Shown: one piece after another, positions 1 to 9,606 of the stretch
How positions within the stretch are numbered: the first letter of the stretch is position 1
Layout of the letters: each line of letters starts with the position of its first letter
DNA from: an uncultured bacterium
GTDB taxonomy: Bacteria > Bacteroidota > Bacteroidia > Bacteroidales > Bacteroidaceae
DNA: 64,000 bases
NCBI GenBank assembly: GCA_946546825.1
Contig: CAMNOK010000001.1
Location: forward strand, 12,956-76,955
Direction of reading: 5' to 3'
Made by a program: the position numbers and the translations under genes
The notes under the pieces: generated by a model
Databases searched by the model: none
The model's input: only the letters and a program-made list of their open reading frames with translations
What the model was told of the DNA's origin: nothing

Positions 1-41
1 AGCCTCAACGACTGTAGTGATTGAATTTTCATTATCAGTGA

Positions 42-2060
42 CTAAATATACATCAAGATGATGCCGCCCATCGGTTGGATGACAACCTGTGCCTCTCCCT
101 TCTTACTAACCTTCAGTTCTTTGAGAACAGACATAGGGATGACTTCTCCGTCTTTCTTTGGTTCATCAGTATAATACTTCACATTCTGTCCTGCAAACAT
201 AGGAAGCTGTAGTGTGAGTTTAATGGCCTTATCTGTACCATTGATACCACCCACATACCACTTACCACCCGTGCGACGGGCAATCACAGCATATTGAGTG
301 GGATAGCCATCGAGGAACTTCGTATCGTCCCAAGTCGTTGGCACATGACGTAGGAAATCCAGTTCAAACTGTGGTAGGTCTGTAAGGTTGTTCGGACACA
401 TAGCAACACAATTGACAGAAGTCTGATTGGTGATGGCCGTAGCCATTTCAAAGACATCACTTGTATAGCGCGGATGACGGCTCTTGTTGTCACGACTCAT
501 ATGGCGATTCATCATCATGCCACCCCAGTCAAAAGAGCCTACCGCATTGCGGGCAAAGGGATGCATGGCCATCTGGAATCCTTCCTTCTTGGCATGATAT
601 TCTGAGAAATAGACATTCTCAGATGCCAGCGCAGCCTCTGAAGCCACATAGTTCGGGTAGAGACGTTCCCACCCACGCGGCATGGTGCATCCATGGAAAA
701 TGACTTGGATGCCATAGTCGTTGGCGTCACTGAGAATATCTTCATACAGGCGCATGGTTTCTTGTTTATCGCCACCGAAGAAATCCACCTTAATGGCTTT
801 CACTCCGATACGTTTCATCCATGCCATATCCTGCTTACGCTTGATGCTGTTATTCATCACGCCACGCGGTCCTTGGGGTGCATCGTTCTCAGCCCCGTTG
901 GAGTTATACCAGAGCATCAGACTGACATTTTTCGTCCGTGCATACTTGGCCAGTTCCTCTATGCGGTTATATCCGATTTGCGAATCCCAGAGACCATCAA
1001 CCAGACAATATTCATACCCCATTGCAGCAGCCAGGTCGATGAATTTCACCTGGTCTTCATATACCGTAGCATCATCCTGCCAAATGAGCCAGCTCCAGGT
1101 GTATCGGCCGGCCCGATAGTCTTCTGAGGGAGCATAGAGTGGATCCAAGACATCAAAATGGACAGTGGTTTCCACGATGGGTTGGAGCGTCCTGCCGACC
1201 GTAATGGTTCGCCAAGGCGTACACCCAGGCAACATGATGGCTGCTCCCGTTGAGCCAAAGCCGTTGTTCTCCCCTTCCTGCGGATAGGCAATAGTATAGC
1301 CAACGCCCAGTGCATAGTCGGAAAGACGTGCCCCACAATAGTCACTGGTAACGCCAGTCTCACTGAGTAGTATCCATACATTCTCCTTCTTTGCCGCCAG
1401 TTTCTTACCCTTTGTCTCTTGCGTCATGCCATCGACTTCCTGTCTGAACAGGCAGGGGAAAGTGTAGCCAACTCCGAACTGAGATTTTGCGTTGACAGGT
1501 TCATCAGGCTTGTATTCCTCTTCATAGGAAGGCTTTGTGCGTTCCCAACCTTTCATGGGTGTTATCTGCGGACAAATGAACGAGCGGGTCTCCTCCGGTA
1601 AGTTGAAAGCTGTTGCCTCACTTTCCACAATTGCACACTTCGGATTATCCTTTGGTCCACGCCCCAACAGGTAGCGAAAGGCAATGTTGTTGTCCGACAC
1701 CCAGAACTCTACAGTCAGGGGAACCTTCTTCTCTGTCTGCAAGGTCACAGCCAGCGTATTTGCGTCGTAATGTATCTGCGACTTCTTCGTACGCGTCATC
1801 TGGTAATCCTTCACCTTGTTTCCCTCCTTGGCCTCCTGCCATGTCAGGTTCTTGGTGAAATCGCCAAGATTAGTACGGAGGCCTAAGGCCGAGCGACCCA
1901 TCACCTCATGACCATCATAGGCCACGGTATAGAAGGCACGACCTTCCTCTACAGCTACGGTCACACACAATTTACCATCCGGCGATACAACCGTTTTCTC
2001 TTCTGCCCATATAGCGAGGGGCGCAATCACGGCGCACAGCCATGTCAACAATGTTCTCAT
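42..2060 (-). CDS. Glycoside hydrolase family 97 (exported)
   Basis: 672-aa ORF with a signal peptide, N-terminal SPDGKL motif, FIDLAAAMGYEYCLVDGLWD, IKVDFFGGD, IFHGCTMPRGWERLYPN and VPTTWDDT, all typical of GH97. Confidence 0.9.
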   Translation of the reverse strand: MRTLLTWLCAVIAPLAIWAEEKTVVSPDGKLCVTVAVEEGRAFYTVAYDGHEVMGRSALGLRTNLGDFTKNLTWQEAKEGNKVKDYQMTRTKKSQIHYDANTLAVTLQTEKKVPLTVEFWVSDNNIAFRYLLGRGPKDNPKCAIVESEATAFNLPEETRSFICPQITPMKGWERTKPSYEEEYKPDEPVNAKSQFGVGYTFPCLFRQEVDGMTQETKGKKLAAKKENVWILLSETGVTSDYCGARLSDYALGVGYTIAYPQEGENNGFGSTGAAIMLPGCTPWRTITVGRTLQPIVETTVHFDVLDPLYAPSEDYRAGRYTWSWLIWQDDATVYEDQVKFIDLAAAMGYEYCLVDGLWDSQIGYNRIEELAKYARTKNVSLMLWYNSNGAENDAPQGPRGVMNNSIKRKQDMAWMKRIGVKAIKVDFFGGDKQETMRLYEDILSDANDYGIQVIFHGCTMPRGWERLYPNYVASEAALASENVYFSEYHAKKEGFQMAMHPFARNAVGSFDWGGMMMNRHMSRDNKSRHPRYTSDVFEMATAITNQTSVNCVAMCPNNLTDLPQFELDFLRHVPTTWDDTKFLDGYPTQYAVIARRTGGKWYVGGINGTDKAIKLTLQLPMFAGQNVKYYTDEPKKDGEVIPMSVLKELKVSKKGEAQVVIQPMGGIILMYI

Positions 2061-2827
2061 TTATAGAAATCTGTTTGCTTTTGAATGTTTGTAAAATCTT
2101 TCAGGAAGTCAGCATAAGCCTTTACTACAGCATGAACAAAACGTTCACCCTTCTCCGCGGTGGAAGCTGCGGGGTTGCCAATGCCCGTGTCTGTTGTAAC
2201 CAGCGTCCAGTGGCGAGGTATCCACACCTTTCCTTCTGCCAAAGCAGGAATGGAGAAACCCTTGGCCCTACCCTCTCCCGCCTCTTCCAGTCGAATGAGT
2301 TCCGGATGATAGTACAGCATCACAGAGGTTTCTATCTCATCGGCATGGTCGCCAGGGTTGTCGAAAAACTCCTTGGCAGGGGCCATCTTGAACCATTCGC
2401 TGGAGGCGATGATGAAGTCCGGATAGTCCACGGCCAGGTCACGGATCATTCCCTTGAAGAGGTTGCCGCCATGACCATTGATGATGAGGAGCTTCCTGAT
2501 GCCCTGATGGTGCAGGTTGGCAACAATGTCGGTGAGGATAGCCTTCTGCGTTTCCTGACGGAAGTGCATACAGAAAGGCAGGTCACGCTGTCCTGGATTC
2601 TGCGCACCCATATTCACCGGCGGCAGCACCATGCAGCGAATGCCCTCCTCCTCCATCACTTTCTGTGCCGCATCTACCGCCACGTCGTGGGAGAGAATGC
2701 TGTCGGTGAGGTAAGGAAGATGGAGGTTATGAGGCTCCGTGGCACCCCACGGCAGGATGGCGACATCATAGCGCTTGCCACGCGTTGCGCCATAGACCGA
2801 GATGCTTAAATCAATTTCTCTCTTCAT
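2057..2827 (-). CDS. Creatininase (creatinine amidohydrolase) family protein
   Basis: LPWGATEPHNLHLPYLTD, INGHGGN and DHADEIETS metal-binding motifs; overlaps both neighbours by 4 nt. Confidence 0.88.
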   Translation of the reverse strand: MKREIDLSISVYGATRGKRYDVAILPWGATEPHNLHLPYLTDSILSHDVAVDAAQKVMEEEGIRCMVLPPVNMGAQNPGQRDLPFCMHFRQETQKAILTDIVANLHHQGIRKLLIINGHGGNLFKGMIRDLAVDYPDFIIASSEWFKMAPAKEFFDNPGDHADEIETSVMLYYHPELIRLEEAGEGRAKGFSIPALAEGKVWIPRHWTLVTTDTGIGNPAASTAEKGERFVHAVVKAYADFLKDFTNIQKQTDFYK

Positions 2828-4029
2828 TTTTTCAGAATCTCATTACAGAGCATGAAGCTCTTGATTAACATACGAGGCACATGGAAGGGTCCCTTAAAAA
2901 TATTACCCTTGGCCGGCTGTGCCACACTGCCGTCGCGATGGAGGTAGCCGTACCACTCACCATACTCCTTGTCGGGGAAGAAGCGATAGGTCCAATCACT
3001 GATGAGCTGATGGCGTTCCAGGTATTTCTCATCACCCGTGGCATCAAAGGCATAGAGTGAGGCAATAATACTTTCACATTGAGGCCACCAGAACTTCATG
3101 TCCTGAGAATAGTCCTGAGGCGGCAGGTTCCGACAGTCACGGAAGTTGATGATACCACCGAACTTCTCGTCCCATCCCCACTGCCATGACCAGTCGAAGA
3201 TGGTCAGTGCCAGTTGCTTGAGGTGTTCGTCCCATCCACGGTAGCGGGCTTCCTCCAGAATGAACCATGCCGTTTCGATGCAGTGTCCCGGATTGATGGT
3301 TCGCCCCATGCCCGTATCGATGAATTCCCCATTGGGGCCGACAGTCTCTAAGAGCGCCTTGAACTCCGGGTGGATGAAATAACGTTCCAAGGCATCCAGT
3401 GAACGGTCAATCTGGTCATTGAGCAGTTGGATGTCTTCCATAGGAAGTCCAAGTTTCTCAGCAGCCTCACGAATGCGGGAGGCCGTGTTGATCAGAATCA
3501 TCGTCAGCGAATGTCCCTGACACTCCAGCGTGGGCAAGTACTTCGGTTCCAGAAGTCCCGGGGTCTGTGCATAGTGCTGTATCAGGCGGAAGACACCCAT
3601 GGCACGTTCCGCATAATCCCTGTTGCCAGTAGCCAGCGCATACTCCGCCATGGCAATGGCGGCAAAGGACTCCGAGAAGAGATAACGACGCTTCCGCAGC
3701 GGTGTACCATCTGCCTTCACCTCGAAATACATGCGGCCGTCAGCGTCTGTGCAATGCTGTTCGATGAAATCGATGCAGCTCTTAGAGGCCTCTAACCATG
3801 CGGGATTCTTCTCTATATTGTTATAAGCAAAGGCCGCAATAAAGCCGAAACGTCCCTGAAACCACACAGATTTTGTCGTATCAATCAATGTTCCGTCACG
3901 ATCCAGACAAGTATAGACGCCGCCATGTTCTCGATCGAAGCCATGTTCCATCCAAAACGGCATGATATTGTGAAGCAGGTCATTCTTGTAAGAATCTGCC
4001 CAGGATTGTAGATAAGTCTTATATTCCAT
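2824..4029 (-). CDS. nanE: N-acylglucosamine 2-epimerase (AGE family, Bacteroidetes NanE)
   Basis: KSVWFQGR, INPGHCIE, KFWWPQCE and KGPFHVPR motifs; adjacent to the Neu5Ac lyase. Confidence 0.9.
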   Translation of the reverse strand: MEYKTYLQSWADSYKNDLLHNIMPFWMEHGFDREHGGVYTCLDRDGTLIDTTKSVWFQGRFGFIAAFAYNNIEKNPAWLEASKSCIDFIEQHCTDADGRMYFEVKADGTPLRKRRYLFSESFAAIAMAEYALATGNRDYAERAMGVFRLIQHYAQTPGLLEPKYLPTLECQGHSLTMILINTASRIREAAEKLGLPMEDIQLLNDQIDRSLDALERYFIHPEFKALLETVGPNGEFIDTGMGRTINPGHCIETAWFILEEARYRGWDEHLKQLALTIFDWSWQWGWDEKFGGIINFRDCRNLPPQDYSQDMKFWWPQCESIIASLYAFDATGDEKYLERHQLISDWTYRFFPDKEYGEWYGYLHRDGSVAQPAKGNIFKGPFHVPRMLIKSFMLCNEILKK

Positions 4030-4057
4030 GATTGATGTTTGTCAACAGATAACTTGT

Positions 4058-4975
4058 TTAGAACTGATTGCAACGCGAGAAGAAATTGATTTCCTCCAAT
4101 TCCTTGCGCATAGCCTTCTCTTCATCGTCCGTCATATTCTGGAACGGCACACGGTTGGGCCCGAGATCAAAGCCCATCAGTTTCATAATACGCTTACCAC
4201 CGACAATATTACCGCGATAATGGCAGATTACATTGATGACAGCCTGGGAGAAGTTCTGTTTCTCACGAGCCGTCTCTATATCACCTTTCTGCCAAGCCTC
4301 AATGATTCCTGTCAGTTCGCGACCGTTATAGTTGGTTGTTCCACCGATGCCGCCCTGTGCGCCACCCTGCGCCAGTGAGGGGAGAATGGTTTCGTCCTGA
4401 CCATGTAGCATATCATACTTGCCATTCTTATACAGGCGACACTGGTTATATTCATACAGGCTCTCGAAAGTATATTTGATTCCAGCAAAATTAGGAATGC
4501 GTCCATCGACAGCTTTCAACAGATCGAGCATCGGCAGGAAGGCTCCATTGAACGCAGGTATGTGATAATAGTAGAAAGGCAGTTCGGGTGCGGCAGCAGC
4601 AATCTGCTCACAATACTTCACAAGTTCCTCAATTCGTCCAATCTTTGGGAATGGAGGTGCCATAGAGCCTATGGCCCATGCCCCAATCTTCTGTGCATGC
4701 TCTGCCAGACGAACACTCTCACGCAGGCAGCAACTTCCCACATGAACAATCACCTTAAAACCTTGAGGAGCCACGCTGACCCAACGCTCTGCCAACAGCA
4801 TACGCTCCTCAGTGGTGAGCATGTAGCCTTCACCTGATGAGCCATTGATGAACACACCCTTCAGGCCATTTTTCTGCAACATGGCAGCATAAGCTGCTAT
4901 AGGCTCCAGATTTAAATCGCCGTTAGCATAGAACGGAGTAAACGGAGCATCAATCAATCCAATAATCTTTTCCAT
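4058..4975 (-). CDS. nanA: N-acetylneuraminate lyase (DHDPS family; NanL in Bacteroides nomenclature)
   Basis: NGSSGEG, YYYHIP and Schiff-base GIKYT motifs; nan operon context. Confidence 0.9.
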   Translation of the reverse strand: MEKIIGLIDAPFTPFYANGDLNLEPIAAYAAMLQKNGLKGVFINGSSGEGYMLTTEERMLLAERWVSVAPQGFKVIVHVGSCCLRESVRLAEHAQKIGAWAIGSMAPPFPKIGRIEELVKYCEQIAAAAPELPFYYYHIPAFNGAFLPMLDLLKAVDGRIPNFAGIKYTFESLYEYNQCRLYKNGKYDMLHGQDETILPSLAQGGAQGGIGGTTNYNGRELTGIIEAWQKGDIETAREKQNFSQAVINVICHYRGNIVGGKRIMKLMGFDLGPNRVPFQNMTDDEEKAMRKELEEINFFSRCNQF

Positions 4976-5045
4976 GATGTTATTTTTTTGGGTTTATCAA
5001 TTAACTGTTTCCTTTTTTCCAAAGTAATGTAATAGAATGCCGGCC

Positions 5046-6284
5046 CTATTCCATGTTGTCTGTCTTGGGGTGCAACACACTCAGCTGCACAACAAGGGCG
5101 AGCGCAGTGACGATGCCGAGGACTGCAAAAGCAGCACCCAGGTTGCCATCATCCTGCATACGTCCCAATACCAGTGTGCAGACATATCCCATGGCAACGC
5201 CCACGGTGTTCAGAAAACCATAGGCAGTGGCACGAAGGCGGCTCGGTACAAACTGGCAGAGGATGGGCATGTTGTTGGTATCAAACATTCCATAACCGAT
5301 ACCAAAGAGCAGACCGGCAGCAACAGCAGCGGCAAGACCATGGCCGAGACCGATGAGTACAAGTGCCGGTACCATCATGGCCAGGCCGATAGCACTTGTA
5401 TAGACACGTCCCTTGAGGTTCACCTTCACCCAGCGGTCAGAGAGCGGCCCGCCGATGAGCACTCCGATGAGCGATGCTGCTGCGATTGTGATGGTAGCGA
5501 TAGGTCCGGCCTGCTCCATTGGAATGTTTAACGAAGTCTGGAACAATGTCGGTAGCCAGTTCTTCGTAGCCCATCCCGGCATAGACGAAGAGGCAAAGAA
5601 GAACAGGATAGCCCAGAAGGCGATGTTTGAGAAAATGAGGCTAAAGCTCTTCCATACAGACTCCCTCGTTTCCGCGGCACACTTTGTTGATGAGGGCTTA
5701 ACCGGCACTCGGTTCTCCTTCAGGGCAAGCGACAGCACGACAGCATACGCTACGCCGATGACACCGAACCAATGGAAGGTCTGCTGCCAGGTGAGTGCCG
5801 ATGCCAACACAGCACCGAAGCCTCCCAGAGCTTGTCCGAGATAAAGACCTGTCATGTGGATTCCCACCGCGAGTGAGCGTGACTTACCCGTGTGATAATC
5901 TGCAATCAGCGAAAGACTGGAGGGGATGTAGAGCGCCTCGCTCACTCCCATAAGGCCACGCAGCCACATCAGCTGGTCGTAGGTGGTGCAATAGCCCATG
6001 AGAAGGGTTACCAACGACCACACCGCCAGAGAGCCTACAATGAGCCATTTACGGCTAAGTCGGTCGGCAACAGTTCCTGCAAAGGGGCTCACAAAAGCAT
6101 AGATGAGCAGGAAGATGCCCATCAAGGCGCCAAAGGCCTCAGCACTCTGTAGTTGGGCGATATCAATGGCCATGTATTCTCGCATGGTGGAAAGCATCTG
6201 GCGGTCCATATAGTTTAGCAGAGCTACTACCCATAACAGGGCAACAACCACCCAGGGATAAATTTTTTGGTTCTTCATTATCAT
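5046..6284 (-). CDS. nanT: MFS transporter, probable sialic acid permease
   Basis: LNYMDRQ and GTVADRLSRK MFS motifs, multiple hydrophobic segments, directly upstream of nanA-nanE. Confidence 0.8.
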   Translation of the reverse strand: MIMKNQKIYPWVVVALLWVVALLNYMDRQMLSTMREYMAIDIAQLQSAEAFGALMGIFLLIYAFVSPFAGTVADRLSRKWLIVGSLAVWSLVTLLMGYCTTYDQLMWLRGLMGVSEALYIPSSLSLIADYHTGKSRSLAVGIHMTGLYLGQALGGFGAVLASALTWQQTFHWFGVIGVAYAVVLSLALKENRVPVKPSSTKCAAETRESVWKSFSLIFSNIAFWAILFFFASSSMPGWATKNWLPTLFQTSLNIPMEQAGPIATITIAAASLIGVLIGGPLSDRWVKVNLKGRVYTSAIGLAMMVPALVLIGLGHGLAAAVAAGLLFGIGYGMFDTNNMPILCQFVPSRLRATAYGFLNTVGVAMGYVCTLVLGRMQDDGNLGAAFAVLGIVTALALVVQLSVLHPKTDNME

Positions 6285-6328
6285 TCTATTTTTTTTGATG
6301 TATTCATTCTTAGTTTTTTTCTTACCTT

Positions 6329-9300
6329 CTATTTTTCATAGAGCGTCAGCCGACTTACTTCCGGCACACGGATGCCGGGTTTCAGTTCTCCTCCGATGAC
6401 ATAGACCTTTCCCTGATGACAGACAACAGTGGCACCAGCCCTTGCCGTATGCTCACTCTGGCCCATAATTCGCCAGTATCCATCATAGAGGAAGACATTT
6501 GCATTGAACTGATACCACGAGGGTTCATGCGTCATATAGTCAGGTGCCGGGTTATTGAGTGCATTCAGGAATATGTTCTTGTTAACACCTCCCAGTGCCA
6601 CGATTACGTTTTCGCTGACATTGACAGCAGCACCTCCTCCCAAGAAAACACTTTGATACTGTCGTGTCACAGGGGTGGCACGCCGTCGTGTTTCCTTCCC
6701 CAGTGCCATGCCGTTAAGAGACAGGCTGGCTTTTTGATTGGCATCCTTGGGAGAGAAACCACCCCATACACAGAATTCACCTTGATAGTGACCGCTGACC
6801 GGCTGTACCCGTCGTACGTTAAATGTACGCTGCTGCTTCCATCCCTGCTGAAGGGCATTGAGCTCAAGTGAATACCACGTTGTATCTGCATATATATCGA
6901 TGCGATTGCCCCATAGACTTCCTGTGAAATTATCCATTGGGACAGGCAGTGACGGCAGTGGCTCTACGACAGCCTTACCACCACGAAGTCGGATCTTGAA
7001 GACCGAACGGAGCGACTCCTTCTCATTGTTGCCACCGATACAAATAATACCGTCATCAGTTGTCACACTGACGCCATAGGCAGCAGGGGCCGGAAGCCAA
7101 CCTACCTGTTTCCAGTGAAGTTCAGTACCCTCATTCAGTTCGGCGACATAAATGCCCCGATAGTAGCGTTTCTTGCCGCCTTCGGCAGCCGGTATCTCTG
7201 GGAAGTTACAGCCTCCAGCCATTATAAGACGGTTGTCGATGGTTCCGGCATAGCAGGCTGAGACACCTTTTTCAATACCCTTCTCTGAAGAGGGGAAGCC
7301 CTTCATAACTTCCACAGAGAGCGAAGCCTTGGCAGAGAATGTAGAGACCGGATAGCCTGTGATGCCTGTGAGGTTAGCCTTGGTGTAGGGTTGCCATGCG
7401 TAACGCATCTCCACGGGCAGAGAAACCTCTGGAGAACGGAGTGTCACGGTCTTGTCTGAGATAGTGGCAATAGCCTCATGGAAGAGGCCATCTGTGCCAG
7501 CGACCTCAAACCCTAACAGTTCCTTCCCGGAGTATTTCAGATTTTTGTTAAATTGTACATAGAGATTGTTACCCTCTGTGTTAACACTAACCAATGTAGG
7601 TTCTTCCACCTTGAAAGGACGTTTGTAAATGTTGCTGAGGGCACACTGGGCAAGTCGTTCTCCTATGGGACGTTTGTTGCGATAGTGCACGTCATATTCG
7701 TCTCCTACATCGTGGCTCACAACCATCCATGTATAACTTAACTGATTGGCCAACCGGCGTTGACTGTCACGGAAGCGGGGCCACGACGGACGGTTCAAGC
7801 CTGAGAGCTGAACGAAGCAGAATGGTAAATTTCTGCGACCGAAATATTCCCTCCAGCTCTTTTCCATCAGTTTGAAGAGGCGTTCATGGAGTTCTATGTT
7901 GTTGGCATTTGATTCGCCCTGATACCAGGCCACACCTTTTATATAATAGTGGTCGAGGGGGAGTATGCCCGCCTCAAACATATAGGCCGGTTCGTAAGGA
8001 TGGCGCTGAAGCTTCGTATCGGCTGCCTTTGCAATGTTTTTCAAGGCCCGACCGCGTGCCCATGCCTGTCCGTAGTCGGCATGATACCAGTCGTAAAGGA
8101 TGTTAGGGAATTCCCATTCCAGGGTATGACGGTCTATCCACGACTCTGTCGTCGTTCCGCCAACGGCGTTGCAGATAATACCTATGGGTATCTGCAGGCT
8201 GTCAGCGAGCACTCTTCCAAAGTGGGTGGCAATTGCAGAAAAGCGGCTTACGTTCTCTGCCGTACACTGTTGCCAGCGAGGCTGGTGCAGCAGTCGCAGG
8301 TGATTGACAGAATCGAGTGTGGCCTCCGACCACTCTACATTGTCTGTTGGATATAACGTAGAGAGATCGCAATATGAGATGAAGGACGAAGGATGAGAGA
8401 AGAGTGCCTTATCTTCTTCGGCCGTTGTAGTGCTACTTAACGGAAACTCCATGTTCGATTGTCCGGAGCAGAGCCACACTTCGCCTACCCACACACTATC
8501 ATAAACGATAGTCTGGCCGTCATCTTGCTGTTTCTTTGTTTTCTTCTGGGATTGAGTGCTAAAGCTCAACTGGTATGGGCCTCCTGCTTCCATGGCCGGG
8601 AAGGTTGTGCTCCATTTTCCGTCAGTGCCCGTACATGTCGTTTTGGAACATCCGTTGAAGGTCACCGCGACCTCCTTCCCGGCAGAAGCGGTGCCGTGGA
8701 AGACTATAGGAACATTGCGCTGGATAACCATTCCGTTGCCATACATGGGTGATGGAACTAAAGGTCCAAAGTTTCCCGTCAAGGTCTGAAAGACCGTCTT
8801 GGCAATGATGCCGGCTCCTTCTTCATTCGGATGGAGCGCATCGGGAAAAAGTTCTGGATGGTTATAGAGAGGAGCATGCAAGTCGATGAGCCCTACCCCA
8901 GTGGCGTCAGCCACCTTTCTGATGGTCTTCTGAATGGCATCATGCCAGTCACGAGTTCCGCTTTGAAAGCGGGGATGACGGTGAAAGATAGGAGTCATCT
9001 GGCAAATCCATATTTTGACATTGCGGTTGGCCATGCGAAACGAATCGATGAGTGCCCGGTAGTCGGTCAGGAACTCGTCGCCATAGTCAGGCCAGTTGCG
9101 TGGGTCGGTGTCATTCAGTCCCAGATGTATGACCACCATATCGGCCTTGAAGTCGAGAGCTCTTTTGAACTCTGGCTCCTTCACATAGGGACGGTGGCCA
9201 TGATAAAGCAGGGTTGCACCTGAATGACCGAAGTTGCGCACGTCATATCCTTCGCCGAGCATGCGTTGCAGCTGTGACGGATAAGACTGCGTGGCAGGGT

Positions 9301-9457
9301 CCTTTAGGCCGTAGCCATAAGTAACGCTGTTGCCCACACAGGCAACACGTATTTTGTTTGACGTTGTCAGTCTCTTACCATCCATGGGCAGTTGGAACAA
9401 CAGCCATGTTATGAGTAAAAGTACAAATTGTTTCTTCATGAGAAATAGGTTAGTCAT
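6329..9457 (-). CDS. Exported fusion: SGNH/GDSL esterase + sialate O-acetylesterase (SASA) + cyclically permuted Kelch NanM-like mutarotase
   Basis: GNSVTYG...DALHPN (SGNH); GEVWLCSGQSNM, WYQGESN and DVHYRNK (SASA); C-terminal AGGCNFPE...GGELKPGIR (Kelch mutarotase-like). The start may be at 9439. Confidence 0.85.
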   Translation of the reverse strand: MTNLFLMKKQFVLLLITWLLFQLPMDGKRLTTSNKIRVACVGNSVTYGYGLKDPATQSYPSQLQRMLGEGYDVRNFGHSGATLLYHGHRPYVKEPEFKRALDFKADMVVIHLGLNDTDPRNWPDYGDEFLTDYRALIDSFRMANRNVKIWICQMTPIFHRHPRFQSGTRDWHDAIQKTIRKVADATGVGLIDLHAPLYNHPELFPDALHPNEEGAGIIAKTVFQTLTGNFGPLVPSPMYGNGMVIQRNVPIVFHGTASAGKEVAVTFNGCSKTTCTGTDGKWSTTFPAMEAGGPYQLSFSTQSQKKTKKQQDDGQTIVYDSVWVGEVWLCSGQSNMEFPLSSTTTAEEDKALFSHPSSFISYCDLSTLYPTDNVEWSEATLDSVNHLRLLHQPRWQQCTAENVSRFSAIATHFGRVLADSLQIPIGIICNAVGGTTTESWIDRHTLEWEFPNILYDWYHADYGQAWARGRALKNIAKAADTKLQRHPYEPAYMFEAGILPLDHYYIKGVAWYQGESNANNIELHERLFKLMEKSWREYFGRRNLPFCFVQLSGLNRPSWPRFRDSQRRLANQLSYTWMVVSHDVGDEYDVHYRNKRPIGERLAQCALSNIYKRPFKVEEPTLVSVNTEGNNLYVQFNKNLKYSGKELLGFEVAGTDGLFHEAIATISDKTVTLRSPEVSLPVEMRYAWQPYTKANLTGITGYPVSTFSAKASLSVEVMKGFPSSEKGIEKGVSACYAGTIDNRLIMAGGCNFPEIPAAEGGKKRYYRGIYVAELNEGTELHWKQVGWLPAPAAYGVSVTTDDGIICIGGNNEKESLRSVFKIRLRGGKAVVEPLPSLPVPMDNFTGSLWGNRIDIYADTTWYSLELNALQQGWKQQRTFNVRRVQPVSGHYQGEFCVWGGFSPKDANQKASLSLNGMALGKETRRRATPVTRQYQSVFLGGGAAVNVSENVIVALGGVNKNIFLNALNNPAPDYMTHEPSWYQFNANVFLYDGYWRIMGQSEHTARAGATVVCHQGKVYVIGGELKPGIRVPEVSRLTLYEK

Positions 9458-9474
9458 TTTCCTTTTTGGAAAGT

Positions 9475-9550
9475 CAAGGCGCTAAAGAGTCAGTTCCATT
9501 TTCGGCATTTTTCCTTAGCCGAAGGTTCGGCTTGACTCCTTAGCTCCTTA
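9475..9550 (-). repeat. Intergenic hairpin built from degenerate GGAGTCAA/TTGACTCC octamers
   Basis: 9475-9492 pairs with 9533-9550 (one mismatch, two G-U pairs on the minus strand); same unit as the arms at 11615 and 12082. Confidence 0.6.
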
Positions 9551-9606
9551 CAACATGGCTCCTGATCAGCAACTTATGGAAGTTGCATAACAAAACTCGC
9601 TATCAC

